The position numbers and the translations under genes were made by a program. A model generated the notes under the pieces. That model was given only the letters and a program-made list of their open reading frames with translations, had not been told where the DNA came from and did no database searches. Positions 19,154 through 28,620 of a stretch of DNA of 64,000 nt are shown here, in pieces. Numbering within the stretch: position 1 is the stretch's first letter; every line of letters begins with the position of its first letter. Source of the stretch: Acidimicrobiia bacterium (GTDB lineage: Bacteria > Actinomycetota > Acidimicrobiia > Spongiisociales > UBA11373). The stretch is taken from assembly GCA_016215655.1 (NCBI GenBank), contig JACRIT010000077.1:6928-70927 (forward strand), read 5' to 3'.

Positions 19154-21396
19154 GGGCGCTCCTGCAATGCCCGCCACACCCGCTCGGGTGAGAGGGGCAG
19201 GTCGCGGATCACGGCACCGGTGGCATCGCGCACCGCCGCCGCCACCGCCGGTGCGGTGCACAGCAGGCTCCCCTCGCTGATGCCCTTCACCCCGTAGGGG
19301 CCCGGGCCGTCGCCGTTCTCCACGCTGAAGCTGTGCAGCTCCCTGGGGAGGTCGAGGCTGGTGGGGATGCGGTAGTCGATGGCACCGAGGTTGCGGGTGC
19401 GGCCGTCGTCGCCCCAGATGAGATGCTCCATCAAGGACAAGCCCACCCCCATCACCGCGGCGCCCTCGTCCTGGCCGGTGACCTGGATCGGGTTCAACGC
19501 CAGCCCGACGTCGCCGACGGTGACGTGGCGCAGGATGTCGGTCTCACCGGTCTCCTCGTCGACCTCGGCCTCGATGGCGGTGCAGTTGAACTCGAAGAAG
19601 AGGGCGGTGCCGCCGAGCGGGTGCTCGGGCAGGGCGTCCTTGCGGGCCTCGCCGTTGCCGACGATCTCGCCGCCCATCCGTCCCAGCACCTTCTTCAGGA
19701 CTGCGGGAAGCGCCTCCTCCCCGCCGGGGAGACGCATCACCCCGCGATCGACGGAGATGGCGGCCTCCTCGATCCCCTCCATGTCGGCCATACGCGCCTT
19801 GAGCTTGCGCTGGATGTCGCGGCAGGCGTTGAGGACCGCATTGCCCATCAGCACCGAGGAGCGGCTCGCCGAGGTCTGCTGGTCGTAGGGCACGACCGCG
19901 GTGTCCCCCATGACCACCGAGACGCTGTCGAGCGGGATCCCGAGTTCCTCGGCGACGATCTGGGCATAGATGGTGCGGGCGCCCTGGCCCATGTCGGAGG
20001 TGCCGGAGAACACGATGGCGCTGCAGTCGGCGAGGAACCGCACCGTCGAGTAGGACAGCCCGGTGGTCGGTCCCGACTTCAGGCCGATGGCGATGCCGCG
20101 GCCCCGGCCCGGCGGCACCGGCGTCCCCCACCCGATCTCCTCGGCGGCCTTGCGCACGGTCTGCGCCCAGTCGCCGTCGGCGGGGGTGTCGCCCGGGACG
20201 TGCTCCTCGCCGTACTTGACCAGGTTCTTCAGCCGGATCTCGAGCCGGTCGACTCCCGCAGCGATGGCCGCCTCATCGAGATTCGACTCGCGCGCCCAGG
20301 TGACCTGGGGGATGCCGAAGCCCCGCATCGGATGGGTCGGGGTGGTGTGCGACAGCACCGCCCGCGAGACGATGCGCACCGCCGGGGTGCGATACGGCCC
20401 CGCCGAGAGGAACGAACCCTTGGCACTGACCCGGTCGCCGGTGTCGCCGTAGCACCCCACGAGGAACTCGTTGACGAAGTCCTGGAACACCAGGGTGCCG
20501 TCCGCCTTGATCCCGGTGCGGACCCGCATCCGGGCGCCGGTACTGCGCACCGCCTGGAACGCCTCCTCGAGGGTGAGGATCAGGCGGACCGGCTGCCCGG
20601 CGCGCACCGCCATGAACGCCACCAGCGGCTCGAGCTTGGTGTGCTGCTTGCCCCCGAATCCTCCACCGGGGTCGGGCGCAAACACCCGCACCTTGGCCAT
20701 GGGGATCCCCAGCACCTTGGCGACGGTCTTCTGCAGCTGATAGGGATGCTGGATGCTGCTCCACACCGCGATGCCGTCTCCATCGGGAGCGGCGATGAAC
20801 CCGTGGGGCTCGATGGCGAACTGGGTCTGGCTGGGCCAGTCGTAGGTGTTCTCCACGACGATGTCGGCGTCGGCGGCGGCGGCATCGACGTCGCCCCATC
20901 CGAATCGGTACTCGGAGAGGATGTTGCTGGCGATGTGCGGTCCCGGTCTGCGGATCGCCGGGTCCTGGACCAGCTCGGCCCCGGGAGCCAGGGCCTCTTC
21001 CAGCGTGTGGATCGCCGGCAGCACCTCGTACTCCACCTTGACCAGGAGCGCCGCCTCCTCGGCGATGTCCTTGGTGTCGGCGACCACGGCAGCCACCGCC
21101 TCACCGTGGTACTTGGTCTCGCCGTCGGCCATGACCGGACGGTCCTGATACTCCGGCCCGAAGCGCGGCATGGGCTTGGGGAGGTCGTCCGGCGTCATCA
21201 CGAAGTGGACTCCGGGGAGGGCGATGGCGGCGGAGGTGTCGATGGAGAGGATGCGGGCGTGGGCGCAGTCGAGGGTCACCAGCTTGGCATGCAGCATGTC
21301 GGCGAGAGGGATGTCGGCGACGTAGCGCTGGCCTCCGGTGACCCGTCCCACTCCCCCGATGCGCTGCGCCCGGGCCCCGACGCCCTGATCCTTCAT
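19150..21396 (-). CDS. xanthine dehydrogenase family molybdopterin-binding (large) subunit
   Basis: VTG...Y..D, IEPHG, GGGFGGK, MRGFG, DMGQG, GPYGVKGISE. Confidence 0.92.
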   Translation of the reverse strand: MKDQGVGARAQRIGGVGRVTGGQRYVADIPLADMLHAKLVTLDCAHARILSIDTSAAIALPGVHFVMTPDDLPKPMPRFGPEYQDRPVMADGETKYHGEAVAAVVADTKDIAEEAALLVKVEYEVLPAIHTLEEALAPGAELVQDPAIRRPGPHIASNILSEYRFGWGDVDAAAADADIVVENTYDWPSQTQFAIEPHGFIAAPDGDGIAVWSSIQHPYQLQKTVAKVLGIPMAKVRVFAPDPGGGFGGKQHTKLEPLVAFMAVRAGQPVRLILTLEEAFQAVRSTGARMRVRTGIKADGTLVFQDFVNEFLVGCYGDTGDRVSAKGSFLSAGPYRTPAVRIVSRAVLSHTTPTHPMRGFGIPQVTWARESNLDEAAIAAGVDRLEIRLKNLVKYGEEHVPGDTPADGDWAQTVRKAAEEIGWGTPVPPGRGRGIAIGLKSGPTTGLSYSTVRFLADCSAIVFSGTSDMGQGARTIYAQIVAEELGIPLDSVSVVMGDTAVVPYDQQTSASRSSVLMGNAVLNACRDIQRKLKARMADMEGIEEAAISVDRGVMRLPGGEEALPAVLKKVLGRMGGEIVGNGEARKDALPEHPLGGTALFFEFNCTAIEAEVDEETGETDILRHVTVGDVGLALNPIQVTGQDEGAAVMGVGLSLMEHLIWGDDGRTRNLGAIDYRIPTSLDLPRELHSFSVENGDGPGPYGVKGISEGSLLCTAPAVAAAVRDATGAVIRDLPLSPERVWRALQERP

Positions 21397-21869
21397 GAGC
21401 CCACCTCCTCGGCGGCGGCAAGCACCGCCTGGCGACTCTGTTCGTACCCGGCGCAGCGGCACAGGGTGCCGGCGAGCGCTTCGTTGATCTGCTCGGGTGT
21501 CGGATGGGGGGTGCGTTGCAGGAGGGCGCGCGCCGACATCAACTGGCCGGGAATGCAGAACCCGCACTGGGCGGCACCGGTGTCGAGGAACGCCTGCTGC
21601 AGGGCGTCGAGTTGCCCGGAGGGCGCCAGGCCCTCGACGGTGAGCACGTCGGCGCCATCGGCCTCGGCTGCGAGCATGAGGCAGGAGTTCACCGATCTGC
21701 CGTCCACGATCACCGTGCAGGCACCGCACTCGCCGACCACGCAGCACTCCTTGGTGCCGGTGAGGCCGATGTCGTCGCGCAACACGTCGAGCAGGGTGTG
21801 GCTGGCGGCGATGTCGAGCACCCGGAGGCGGCCGTTGACGGTGAACTCGAGGTGGAAGGTGTCGGTCAT
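21393..21869 (-). CDS. xanthine dehydrogenase family 2x[2Fe-2S] (small) subunit
   Basis: GTKECC..GECGACTV, QCGFCIPG, CRCAGY. Confidence 0.93.
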   Translation of the reverse strand: MTDTFHLEFTVNGRLRVLDIAASHTLLDVLRDDIGLTGTKECCVVGECGACTVIVDGRSVNSCLMLAAEADGADVLTVEGLAPSGQLDALQQAFLDTGAAQCGFCIPGQLMSARALLQRTPHPTPEQINEALAGTLCRCAGYEQSRQAVLAAAEEVGS

Positions 21870-22726
21870 GCGGTCCTGCCTAAGCGTTCGATGGCGGTGT
21901 TCAGGGCCCGGGCTCCGAGAACCGGAAGCATGGCGGCACGGTATTCGGGTCCGGCGCGCATCGAGGTCTTAGAGGGGGTGGCCTTGGCGAACAGCGCCGC
22001 CAGCACCGGCGCCTTCGCCTCCCGGCTCGCCGCGGGATCGGCGAGCACCCCGGTGTCGTCGACCACGAGCCAGGCTCGGGGACCGACGCTCCCATAGGCG
22101 ACCCGGGTGGTCCCGGAGGCATCGACCCCGCAGCACAGGGTGATGGAGGCGAGATCGGTGCCGTGGCGACGGGTCAGCCGGGTGTAGGCGGCGGCGATGG
22201 TGCGATCCATGGGCAGCTCGATGGCGACGACCATCTCCCCCGGGCCCAGCGCCACCTTCCCGGGGCCGAGGACGAACTCGTCGATGGAGAGCCGGCGCCT
22301 CCCCTTCGGCGAGGCGATCACCATCTCCGCCCCGTACACGAGCAGGGGCGGGGTGGTGTCGGCGGCCGGCGACCCATTGCAGATGTTGCCCACGAGCGTC
22401 GCCCGGTTGCGGATCTGCACCGACCCCACCACCGCGGCGGCCTCGGCCAGGGCGGGGAACCGCTCCGCCACCACCGGGTCACGCTCCAGATCGGCCATGA
22501 CGGTCGCCGCGCTGATGACGAGCCGCCCGCCCTCGACACGGATGGACGGGCGCAACTCCTCGATCCCCTTCAGGTCGATGACGACCTCGGGAGTGCGCCA
22601 GCGATTGCGCAACTCGATGACCAGATCGGTGCCACCGGCGAGGAGCCGCGCCTTGTCGCCATGCTCCTCGAGGAGGGCGAGCGCCTCCTCGACGGTCGAC
22701 GGCCGGAGATACCTGAAGGCCTGCAT
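21866..22726 (-). CDS. xanthine dehydrogenase family FAD-binding (medium) subunit
   Basis: LAGGTDL, QIRNRATLVGNICNGSPAAD. Confidence 0.93.
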   Translation of the reverse strand: MQAFRYLRPSTVEEALALLEEHGDKARLLAGGTDLVIELRNRWRTPEVVIDLKGIEELRPSIRVEGGRLVISAATVMADLERDPVVAERFPALAEAAAVVGSVQIRNRATLVGNICNGSPAADTTPPLLVYGAEMVIASPKGRRRLSIDEFVLGPGKVALGPGEMVVAIELPMDRTIAAAYTRLTRRHGTDLASITLCCGVDASGTTRVAYGSVGPRAWLVVDDTGVLADPAASREAKAPVLAALFAKATPSKTSMRAGPEYRAAMLPVLGARALNTAIERLGRTA

Positions 22727-22730
22727 CAGA

Positions 22731-23615
22731 TCACCTCAGCACCTTGTCCGCCTCGTCCATCAACGCCTGGGGGTTGGCGGCTCGGATCATGTAGTAGGGC
22801 CGGACACAGAAGGTACCCAGGAAGGCTGCCCGGCTCCGGCGCCGTTCCACGGTGTCGACCACGGGCATCGGCCACCCGGAGACGAGCAGCTCGTTGAGGT
22901 GCAGGTAGTTCTGCACCGAGTGCAACGACTGGTACTCCCGCTCGTAGGGGATCATCTCCTTGAGGCTCGGATCGAAGTTGCCGTCGATGGCGGGGACCAG
23001 CACGACATCGACGTTGCTCGCATCGCGATACTCGGTCCACGTCGGCATCGTGTCGCCGAAGAAGATCTGCGCGCCCCGCTCGGGAGCGGCCTTGTCGGCC
23101 CGCTCGGTGCCCTTCTCGCGATTCTTGATGAACACCGTCTTCGAACCCAGGACGGCGACGCCCTTCTCGTCGATCACCGTGGTCTCGGTGGAGATCAGCT
23201 GTCCGCCCCGACGGCAGGCCTCGATCTGGCTCATGCTCTTGCCGTGGTTCGACTCGCCCCCGAGGAGAAGCACGGTCTTGCCGTGGTAGCGGACGGCGGC
23301 CGAGTGAAAGGGGTGCAGGCCGTGATCTTCGAGCTTGAGGGTGAGCAGGGAGATGATGGCCTTCTGGATCGGGCCGACGGCCCACGGCCCATCGAAGCGC
23401 ATGGTGCGGCCGTCCCACTCCACGGACAGCGGGGCATCGAGGTTCCACACGAGATCGGGATCGCCGAGGGTGACCTGGGGATCGACCCGAACCTCGGCGA
23501 GGCGGTAGTTGAGGAACTCCATGCTCTCGAGGACGTGCTCGGGCACCTTGGTGCCGGTCACGTCCACCCGAATCCGGGCGGGCCCGGCCGACATCTGCTC
23601 CGTGAGCTGTGACAT
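22731..23615 (-). CDS. hypothetical protein with HprK/PEPCK-like P-loop kinase signature
   Basis: FHSAAVRYHGKTVLLLGGESNHGKS...RGGQLISTET resembles the 'HASAV..G..L..G.SG.GKST...L.DD' pattern of HprK-like kinases. GAGGAG RBS. Confidence 0.55.
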   Translation of the reverse strand: MSQLTEQMSAGPARIRVDVTGTKVPEHVLESMEFLNYRLAEVRVDPQVTLGDPDLVWNLDAPLSVEWDGRTMRFDGPWAVGPIQKAIISLLTLKLEDHGLHPFHSAAVRYHGKTVLLLGGESNHGKSMSQIEACRRGGQLISTETTVIDEKGVAVLGSKTVFIKNREKGTERADKAAPERGAQIFFGDTMPTWTEYRDASNVDVVLVPAIDGNFDPSLKEMIPYEREYQSLHSVQNYLHLNELLVSGWPMPVVDTVERRRSRAAFLGTFCVRPYYMIRAANPQALMDEADKVLR

Positions 23616-23633
23616 TCCTGCTCCTCGTCTACA

Positions 23634-23664
23634 CGCAATTCGCAGTGCGCAGTGCGCAGTGCGC
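23634..23664. repeat. heptamer tandem repeat (CGCAGTG) x~4
   Basis: CGCAATT CGCAGTG CGCAGTG CGCAGTG CGC. Confidence 0.75.
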
Positions 23665-23684
23665 CACTCAACCCTCCCGCGGGA

Positions 23685-23709
23685 GCCCGGGCCCCGTCGG
23701 GGCCCGGGC
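23685..23709 (-). terminator. GC-rich hairpin after the PEP-utiliser gene
   Basis: GCCCGGGCCCC-gtc-GGGGCCCGGGC, 11-bp perfect stem, about 20 nt after the stop. Confidence 0.5.
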
Positions 23710-23729
23710 ATCACCGCGTTCTCTTCCTC

Positions 23730-25457
23730 CTACGACAGGATCTCGACGAGACCCTTCGTGCCGTCGACACGGATCTTGTCGCCGGTCTTGATCTTCAACG
23801 TGGCCACCGACGTGCCGATCACCGCCGGGATCCCGAACTCCCGGGCCATGACCGCCGGATGCGACACCACGCCGCCTGCGTCGGTGACGATGCCGGCGAT
23901 CACCGCAAACAGCGGCGTCCAGGCCGGGTTCGTCATCTGGCAGACCATGATGTCGCCGGGGTTCACCTGATCGAACTCGTCGATGCTCAGGACCACCTTG
24001 GCGGTGCCTTCGACCACGCCCGGCGATGCCGCCAGACCGGTCACCTGGCCCTTCTCCGCCTTCGCCCGGGTCAGCTTCTCGGGGAAGCCCCACAGGTTGA
24101 GATACGGGAAGGCCAGTTGGCTCTCCGTGGCGGTGCCGATGAAGTCCGGCGGGCGCAGCTTGTAGGACTGCTTCCGCTCCTCACGGCGCTTCTTCACGAT
24201 GCTCCGGGCGTCGTATCCCTTGAGGTCGCCGAGCAGATAGCGCAGCTCGTTGTACTTCAGGAAGATGACGTCGTCGGGCTCGTCGAGCGCCCCTTCCTTC
24301 ACCAGCTTCTTGCCGATGCAGATCAGGACCACCCGCATGTGCTGGTTGGTCCCCTGGTCGATGTAGAAGTGGTGGTCCGGTGTCAGCGGCGCCATCTTCA
24401 GGTTGATGTCGTTGGCCGCCTTCATCTTCTCCAACGCCTCGCCCTTGAGCCCCTTGAGCATCTCCTCGGAGGCCGCCTTGATGTCGGCCGCGAGCGCCTT
24501 CATCGCCTTCGGGTTGTCGTAGTCCGAGTCGAGATAGCCCTTGATCACGTCGAGCACCGGGCCGGCCTCTTCGTAGCGGCTGGGGAAGATGAACTCGTGG
24601 CTCCACACGGCGTGCCAACCGAATTCCTTCTGGTACTCGGCGACCTCGTCGAGGAGCTTCTTGCCCTCGGCCGACTTCATCAGTTCGGCGTGGATGTCCA
24701 TGCCGGTCTTCTTGAAGGCCTCGGTGAGGACCTTGCTCTTCTTCGCCGTCTCCTTGATCTTCCACAGCTTGTCGAGGGCGTCCCAGTTGCGGTCTGCCGC
24801 CGAGTTCTGCAACCGGCCCAGCAGGGTCTGATCGACCTTGCCGTGCACCTCCTGCATCACCGCCTGGAGGTTCAATGTCGCCGACAGCTGGGCGAAGTTC
24901 AGCATCCAGTGGATCTTCCAGTGGCGATCATGGATGTCCATCGCATCCTCGAGGATCGTCGCCCACTCCATCAGCGGGATCTCGTCCCACTTGAAGATCT
25001 TCGACTCGAGGTAGTCGAGGTTGCGCCGCATCTCGGGGACGAGGCGCTCCCGCCACCAGGTGGCGAAGTTGAGCCCGTAGGTGGGCAGCACCGCGCCCAG
25101 GTAGGCCCCGATCCGCGTCGCATACTCCGGATCGAGGTTGATCCGCGGGTGATACGTGCTGCCGTACTCCATCGCCGGGACCTCGAAGTCGTGGTCCTGA
25201 GGGATGGCCGCCGTGTAGAGATACCCGTTCACGTTCTTGGCCGTCCAGTCGACGGCGAACGGCGTCCCGAAACGGCGGAACATGTGGTCGCAGCTCAGCC
25301 ACCAGCCGCCGATGTCGAAGTACATCGGGGACAACGGCTGGGGGCAGTGCAGGTCGTCGTAGACCCAGAAGAGCTTCTTCTCGGCCTCGGACTGCCACTG
25401 GACGGGGAACTCCGGTGACCCGAAGAACTCCGCCACCACCTTGCTCGTGTCTGCCAT
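23730..25457 (-). CDS. PEP-utilising enzyme with C-terminal phospho-histidine swivel domain (phenylphosphate synthase alpha / rifampin phosphotransferase-like); no ATP-grasp domain
   Basis: C-terminal G..ASPG.VEG.A, MTNPAWTPLF, TDAGGVVSHPAVMAREFGIPAVIGT. N-terminal FWVYDDLHCPQPLSP resembles PpsA-like proteins. Confidence 0.8.
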   Translation of the reverse strand: MADTSKVVAEFFGSPEFPVQWQSEAEKKLFWVYDDLHCPQPLSPMYFDIGGWWLSCDHMFRRFGTPFAVDWTAKNVNGYLYTAAIPQDHDFEVPAMEYGSTYHPRINLDPEYATRIGAYLGAVLPTYGLNFATWWRERLVPEMRRNLDYLESKIFKWDEIPLMEWATILEDAMDIHDRHWKIHWMLNFAQLSATLNLQAVMQEVHGKVDQTLLGRLQNSAADRNWDALDKLWKIKETAKKSKVLTEAFKKTGMDIHAELMKSAEGKKLLDEVAEYQKEFGWHAVWSHEFIFPSRYEEAGPVLDVIKGYLDSDYDNPKAMKALAADIKAASEEMLKGLKGEALEKMKAANDINLKMAPLTPDHHFYIDQGTNQHMRVVLICIGKKLVKEGALDEPDDVIFLKYNELRYLLGDLKGYDARSIVKKRREERKQSYKLRPPDFIGTATESQLAFPYLNLWGFPEKLTRAKAEKGQVTGLAASPGVVEGTAKVVLSIDEFDQVNPGDIMVCQMTNPAWTPLFAVIAGIVTDAGGVVSHPAVMAREFGIPAVIGTSVATLKIKTGDKIRVDGTKGLVEILS

Positions 25458-25484
25458 GCGTGTGCTCCTTCCTGGCTCACTCCA

Positions 25485-26813
25485 TCAGACGGTCTGTCGA
25501 ACGGGGGCCGGCTGACGCCGGCTTGCCTCGCGTCCTCTTCCTCCTCCATCACGCGTGTAGCTGGGGTCTCGGTCCGTTGCCTGGATACCTGCCGGGCGCC
25601 ATGTGCGATAGAGCCGATTGGCGCATTCGGCCATGGCCTCGGCGAAGCGTGGATCGTTGATGTCGGTGTCGCTCGCCACGACCTCGATCGCTGGCAGGAG
25701 CGAGCCGCGCAGGGCTTCGAACAATGCGGCATCTGCCGCCGGATCGTGGAACGGCCCCCCCTTCACCGCCAGGGCCGAGATGCCCCGCAGCGGGATGAAG
25801 ACCGCCACCGGCCCGCGGGAGGCGTTGAGCTTCCCGGCCAGGATGGCTCCGAGCTGGGCACACTCCTCGGGTGTGGTCCGCATGAGCGTGATCGCCGGGT
25901 TGTGCACCAGCAGGTTGCGATGCCGGTACCGCGGCGGCACCGTGTGCATCGGGCCGAAGTTGGCGATGTCGAGTGCGCCCAGCGACACCACCTGGGGCAG
26001 GCCGAGAGCACCCGCCACCTCGAGGCGTTCCGCTCCGGCCGACAACTCGCCGCCCACCAGCTCGTCCACGAGCTCGGTGGGGGTGACGTCGAGCACCCCG
26101 GTGATGAGGCCCTGGCGCATCAACGCCTCCATCGAGCGGCCCCCGGCCCCGTTGGCATGGAACACGAGGACCTCATAGCCGTGGTACTCGAGCCAGCGGC
26201 GCGCCGCGGTCACCCCGGGAGACGTCACTCCGAACATCGTGGCGCCGATCACCGGCGCCGGGGCGTCGACGATGCGCTCGGCGGCGTACGCCCGGGCCAT
26301 CCCGGTGATGGCTCCCGCGGCTTGGCCGAGGACCCGCCGCAGGATCCGGTTGTTGCCGGCGATGTCCACGACCGAGTGCACGATGGCGATGTCGGCTCCG
26401 CCGACGAAGGCCCTCATGTCGCCGCCGGCCATGGTCGAGACGATGAGCTTGGGGAACCCGATGGGCAGCGCCTGCATGGCCGCCGCCACCACCGCGGTCC
26501 CGCCGGAACCCCCCATGCCTGCCACCGCATGGATCCGCCGGTCGGCCACCATCCGCGCCAGGAGCGCTCCGGCCCCCCTGCCCATGGCGGTGACGATGTT
26601 GCCCCGATCGCCCTCCGCCAGCAGCCCCTCGAGGTCGGCGCCGGCGGCCGCCAGGACCGCGCCGCGACCGACATCGGGTCCGATCTGGGGTTCACCGAGC
26701 ACGCCCACGTCGACGAGGACGACCCGACATCCGGCTTCCTCGACCCGCCGTTTGAGGAATCCGTACTCCTCGCCCTTGGTGTCGAGCGTTCCGACCAAGG
26801 CGACCGTGGGCAC
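25485..26813 (-). CDS. Tm-1-like ATP-binding domain protein (UPF0261)
   Basis: GTLDTKGEE, GGSGGT, LPIGFPKLIVST, SVVDIAG.N, TMFGVT, VFHA.G.GGRSME, HNP.ITLMRTT.EEC. Confidence 0.88.
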   Translation of the reverse strand: MPTVALVGTLDTKGEEYGFLKRRVEEAGCRVVLVDVGVLGEPQIGPDVGRGAVLAAAGADLEGLLAEGDRGNIVTAMGRGAGALLARMVADRRIHAVAGMGGSGGTAVVAAAMQALPIGFPKLIVSTMAGGDMRAFVGGADIAIVHSVVDIAGNNRILRRVLGQAAGAITGMARAYAAERIVDAPAPVIGATMFGVTSPGVTAARRWLEYHGYEVLVFHANGAGGRSMEALMRQGLITGVLDVTPTELVDELVGGELSAGAERLEVAGALGLPQVVSLGALDIANFGPMHTVPPRYRHRNLLVHNPAITLMRTTPEECAQLGAILAGKLNASRGPVAVFIPLRGISALAVKGGPFHDPAADAALFEALRGSLLPAIEVVASDTDINDPRFAEAMAECANRLYRTWRPAGIQATDRDPSYTRDGGGRGREASRRQPAPVRQTV

Positions 26814-26861
26814 TGTGACTCCCGTGCCGTGGCTCCGAAAGGGAGCCCCTGCGAAATCCTC

Positions 26862-26904
26862 GATAATCGATTATCAGCCTACGGGAGGGGCTAGGCTGCG
26901 TCAA
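26862..26904 (-). promoter_or_regulatory. sigma70-type promoter (TTGACG-17-TAGGCT) immediately followed by perfect operator GATAATCGATTATC (26862-26875)
   Basis: Minus-strand -35 at 26899-26904 and -10 at 26876-26881. The palindrome is identical to 2863-2876. Confidence 0.72.
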
Positions 26905-27035
26905 ACCGAACCCGAAGGGAGCCGAACCCGCTCCTCCGCAAACCAGGACCCGGCGCCGCCGGCCGTCTCGCATCCAGGGGCAATGGTGCGAACCCCGCTC
27001 GTCCGGGTGCCACCCGAGACCCCGAGGTGATCGAC

Positions 27036-28550
27036 ATGACACGACGACTCACGTACTTCGTGGATGGGGAATGGCGCCAATCCGCCACCCAGGAGTGGTA
27101 CCCCATCACCAACAGCAGCACCGGCGAGGTGATCGCCGAGGCCCCGCGTTGCACCGCCGAGGAGGTGGACGGCGCCGTCGCCGCCGCGGTGAAGGCGTTC
27201 GGGCCGTGGCGGGACACTCCCCTCCCCGAGCGGGTCCAGGTGATGTTCCGCTTCAAGGAGCGCCTCGAGGCCAACGTCCACGACCTCGCGGTGCTGCTCT
27301 CCACCGAAATGGGCAAGACCTACGCCGAGGCTCGGGGCGACGTGCTCAAGTCGATCGAGGTGGTCGAGCTGGCGTGCGCCCTCCCCATGACCATGCAGGG
27401 CGACTCGCTCATGAACGTCTCGCGGGGCTTCGATACCGTCACCTACCGTGAACCGCTCGGCGTATTCGTCGGGATCGCCCCGTGGAACTTCCCGGCGATG
27501 ATCCCGATGGGCTGGATGACACCACTGGCGGTGACCACCGGCAACACCTTCGTGCTCAAGGCGGCCTCGTTCGTGCCCCAGACCGCGATGCGGATGGCAG
27601 AACTCCTCCACGACGCCGGGCTGCCCCCGGGGGTGTTCAACCTGGTGACCTGCTCCCGCCACGAGGCGGAGCGGCTCCTCACCCACCGCGATGTACGCGG
27701 GGTGAGCTTCGTGGGGTCGCGGTCGGTGGGTCTGCACGTCTACGCCACCGCCAGCGCCGCCGGCAAGCGGGTTCAGGCCCTCACCGAGGCCAAGAACCAT
27801 GCCCTCGTGTTGCGCGACGCGCCACTGCGGGCCACCGCGCAACGGGTGATCAACTCGGCGTTCGGCTGTGCCGGAGAGCGCTGCATGGCCCTGCCGGTAG
27901 TCGCCGTGGAGGAGTCCATCGCCGACGACTTCGTGGCGACGGTGGCCGAGCTCGCCCGCGACCGCAAGCTCGGCCCGGCCTGGGATCCGGCGACCGAGCT
28001 GGGCCCGTTGGTGAACGAGGAACACCGCGACTTCGTGACGCGGTGGATCGAGAAGTCGGTCGGTGAGGGCGCCGTGCCCGTGCTCGACGGGCGCACCGTT
28101 GAGGTCCCGGGCTATGAGGGCGGTTACTTCCTCGGCCCCACGATCTTCGACCGCGTCACCCAGGACATGGCGTGCGGCCGCGACGAGGTCTTCGGCCCGG
28201 TGCTCTACATCAAGCGGGTCAAGGACTTCGAGGAAGGCATCCGCATCATCAACGAGAGCGAGTTCGCCAACGGTGCCTCGATCTTCACCCGCAGCGGCCA
28301 CCATGCCCGCGAGTTCGCCCGGCGAATCGACGCCGGGATGGTGGGGATCAACGTGGGCATTCCGGTGCCGATCTCGGCCTTCGCCTTCAGCGGCCACAAG
28401 GGGAGCTTCTTCGGCGATCTCCACGTGATGGGACGCGACGGCGTCGCCTTCTTCACCGAGACCAAGGCGGTGACCAGCTACTGGTTCGACGCCGCCGATC
28501 TCAAGGGTGACAAGGTGGGCACGTGGGAGGGGACGATCAGCAGGACGTAG
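27036..28550 (+). CDS. mmsA: CoA-acylating (methyl)malonate-semialdehyde dehydrogenase
   Basis: PWNFPAMIP, SFVGS, GKRVQAL..AKNH, AFGCAGERCMA, GMVGINVGIPVP, GHKGSFFGDLH. RBS GAGGTG. Confidence 0.88.
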   Translation: MTRRLTYFVDGEWRQSATQEWYPITNSSTGEVIAEAPRCTAEEVDGAVAAAVKAFGPWRDTPLPERVQVMFRFKERLEANVHDLAVLLSTEMGKTYAEARGDVLKSIEVVELACALPMTMQGDSLMNVSRGFDTVTYREPLGVFVGIAPWNFPAMIPMGWMTPLAVTTGNTFVLKAASFVPQTAMRMAELLHDAGLPPGVFNLVTCSRHEAERLLTHRDVRGVSFVGSRSVGLHVYATASAAGKRVQALTEAKNHALVLRDAPLRATAQRVINSAFGCAGERCMALPVVAVEESIADDFVATVAELARDRKLGPAWDPATELGPLVNEEHRDFVTRWIEKSVGEGAVPVLDGRTVEVPGYEGGYFLGPTIFDRVTQDMACGRDEVFGPVLYIKRVKDFEEGIRIINESEFANGASIFTRSGHHAREFARRIDAGMVGINVGIPVPISAFAFSGHKGSFFGDLHVMGRDGVAFFTETKAVTSYWFDAADLKGDKVGTWEGTISRT

Positions 28551-28615
28551 GCACAGGCACTAGGCACCAGGCACTGGCGCATCGCTAGTTGCGAATTGCG
28601 AATTGCGAATTGCGA
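28549..28615. repeat. two adjacent heptamer tandem repeats, (AGGCACY) x~4 and (TTGCGAA) x~4
   Basis: Fills the gap between the convergent mmsA and pgk stops. Confidence 0.8.
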
Positions 28616-28620
28616 CGGCC

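Noticed and set aside
19333-21972. 879-aa plus-strand ORF, and similar long antisense ORFs (23652-25418, 26901-28424, 39587-41359, 55344-56903)
   Set aside because: Shadow ORFs opposite well-supported genes. They are expected in high-GC DNA and contain no recognisable motifs.
28549-28615. Short repeats as a CRISPR array
   Set aside because: The units are contiguous 7-mers without spacers, and no cas genes are in the window.
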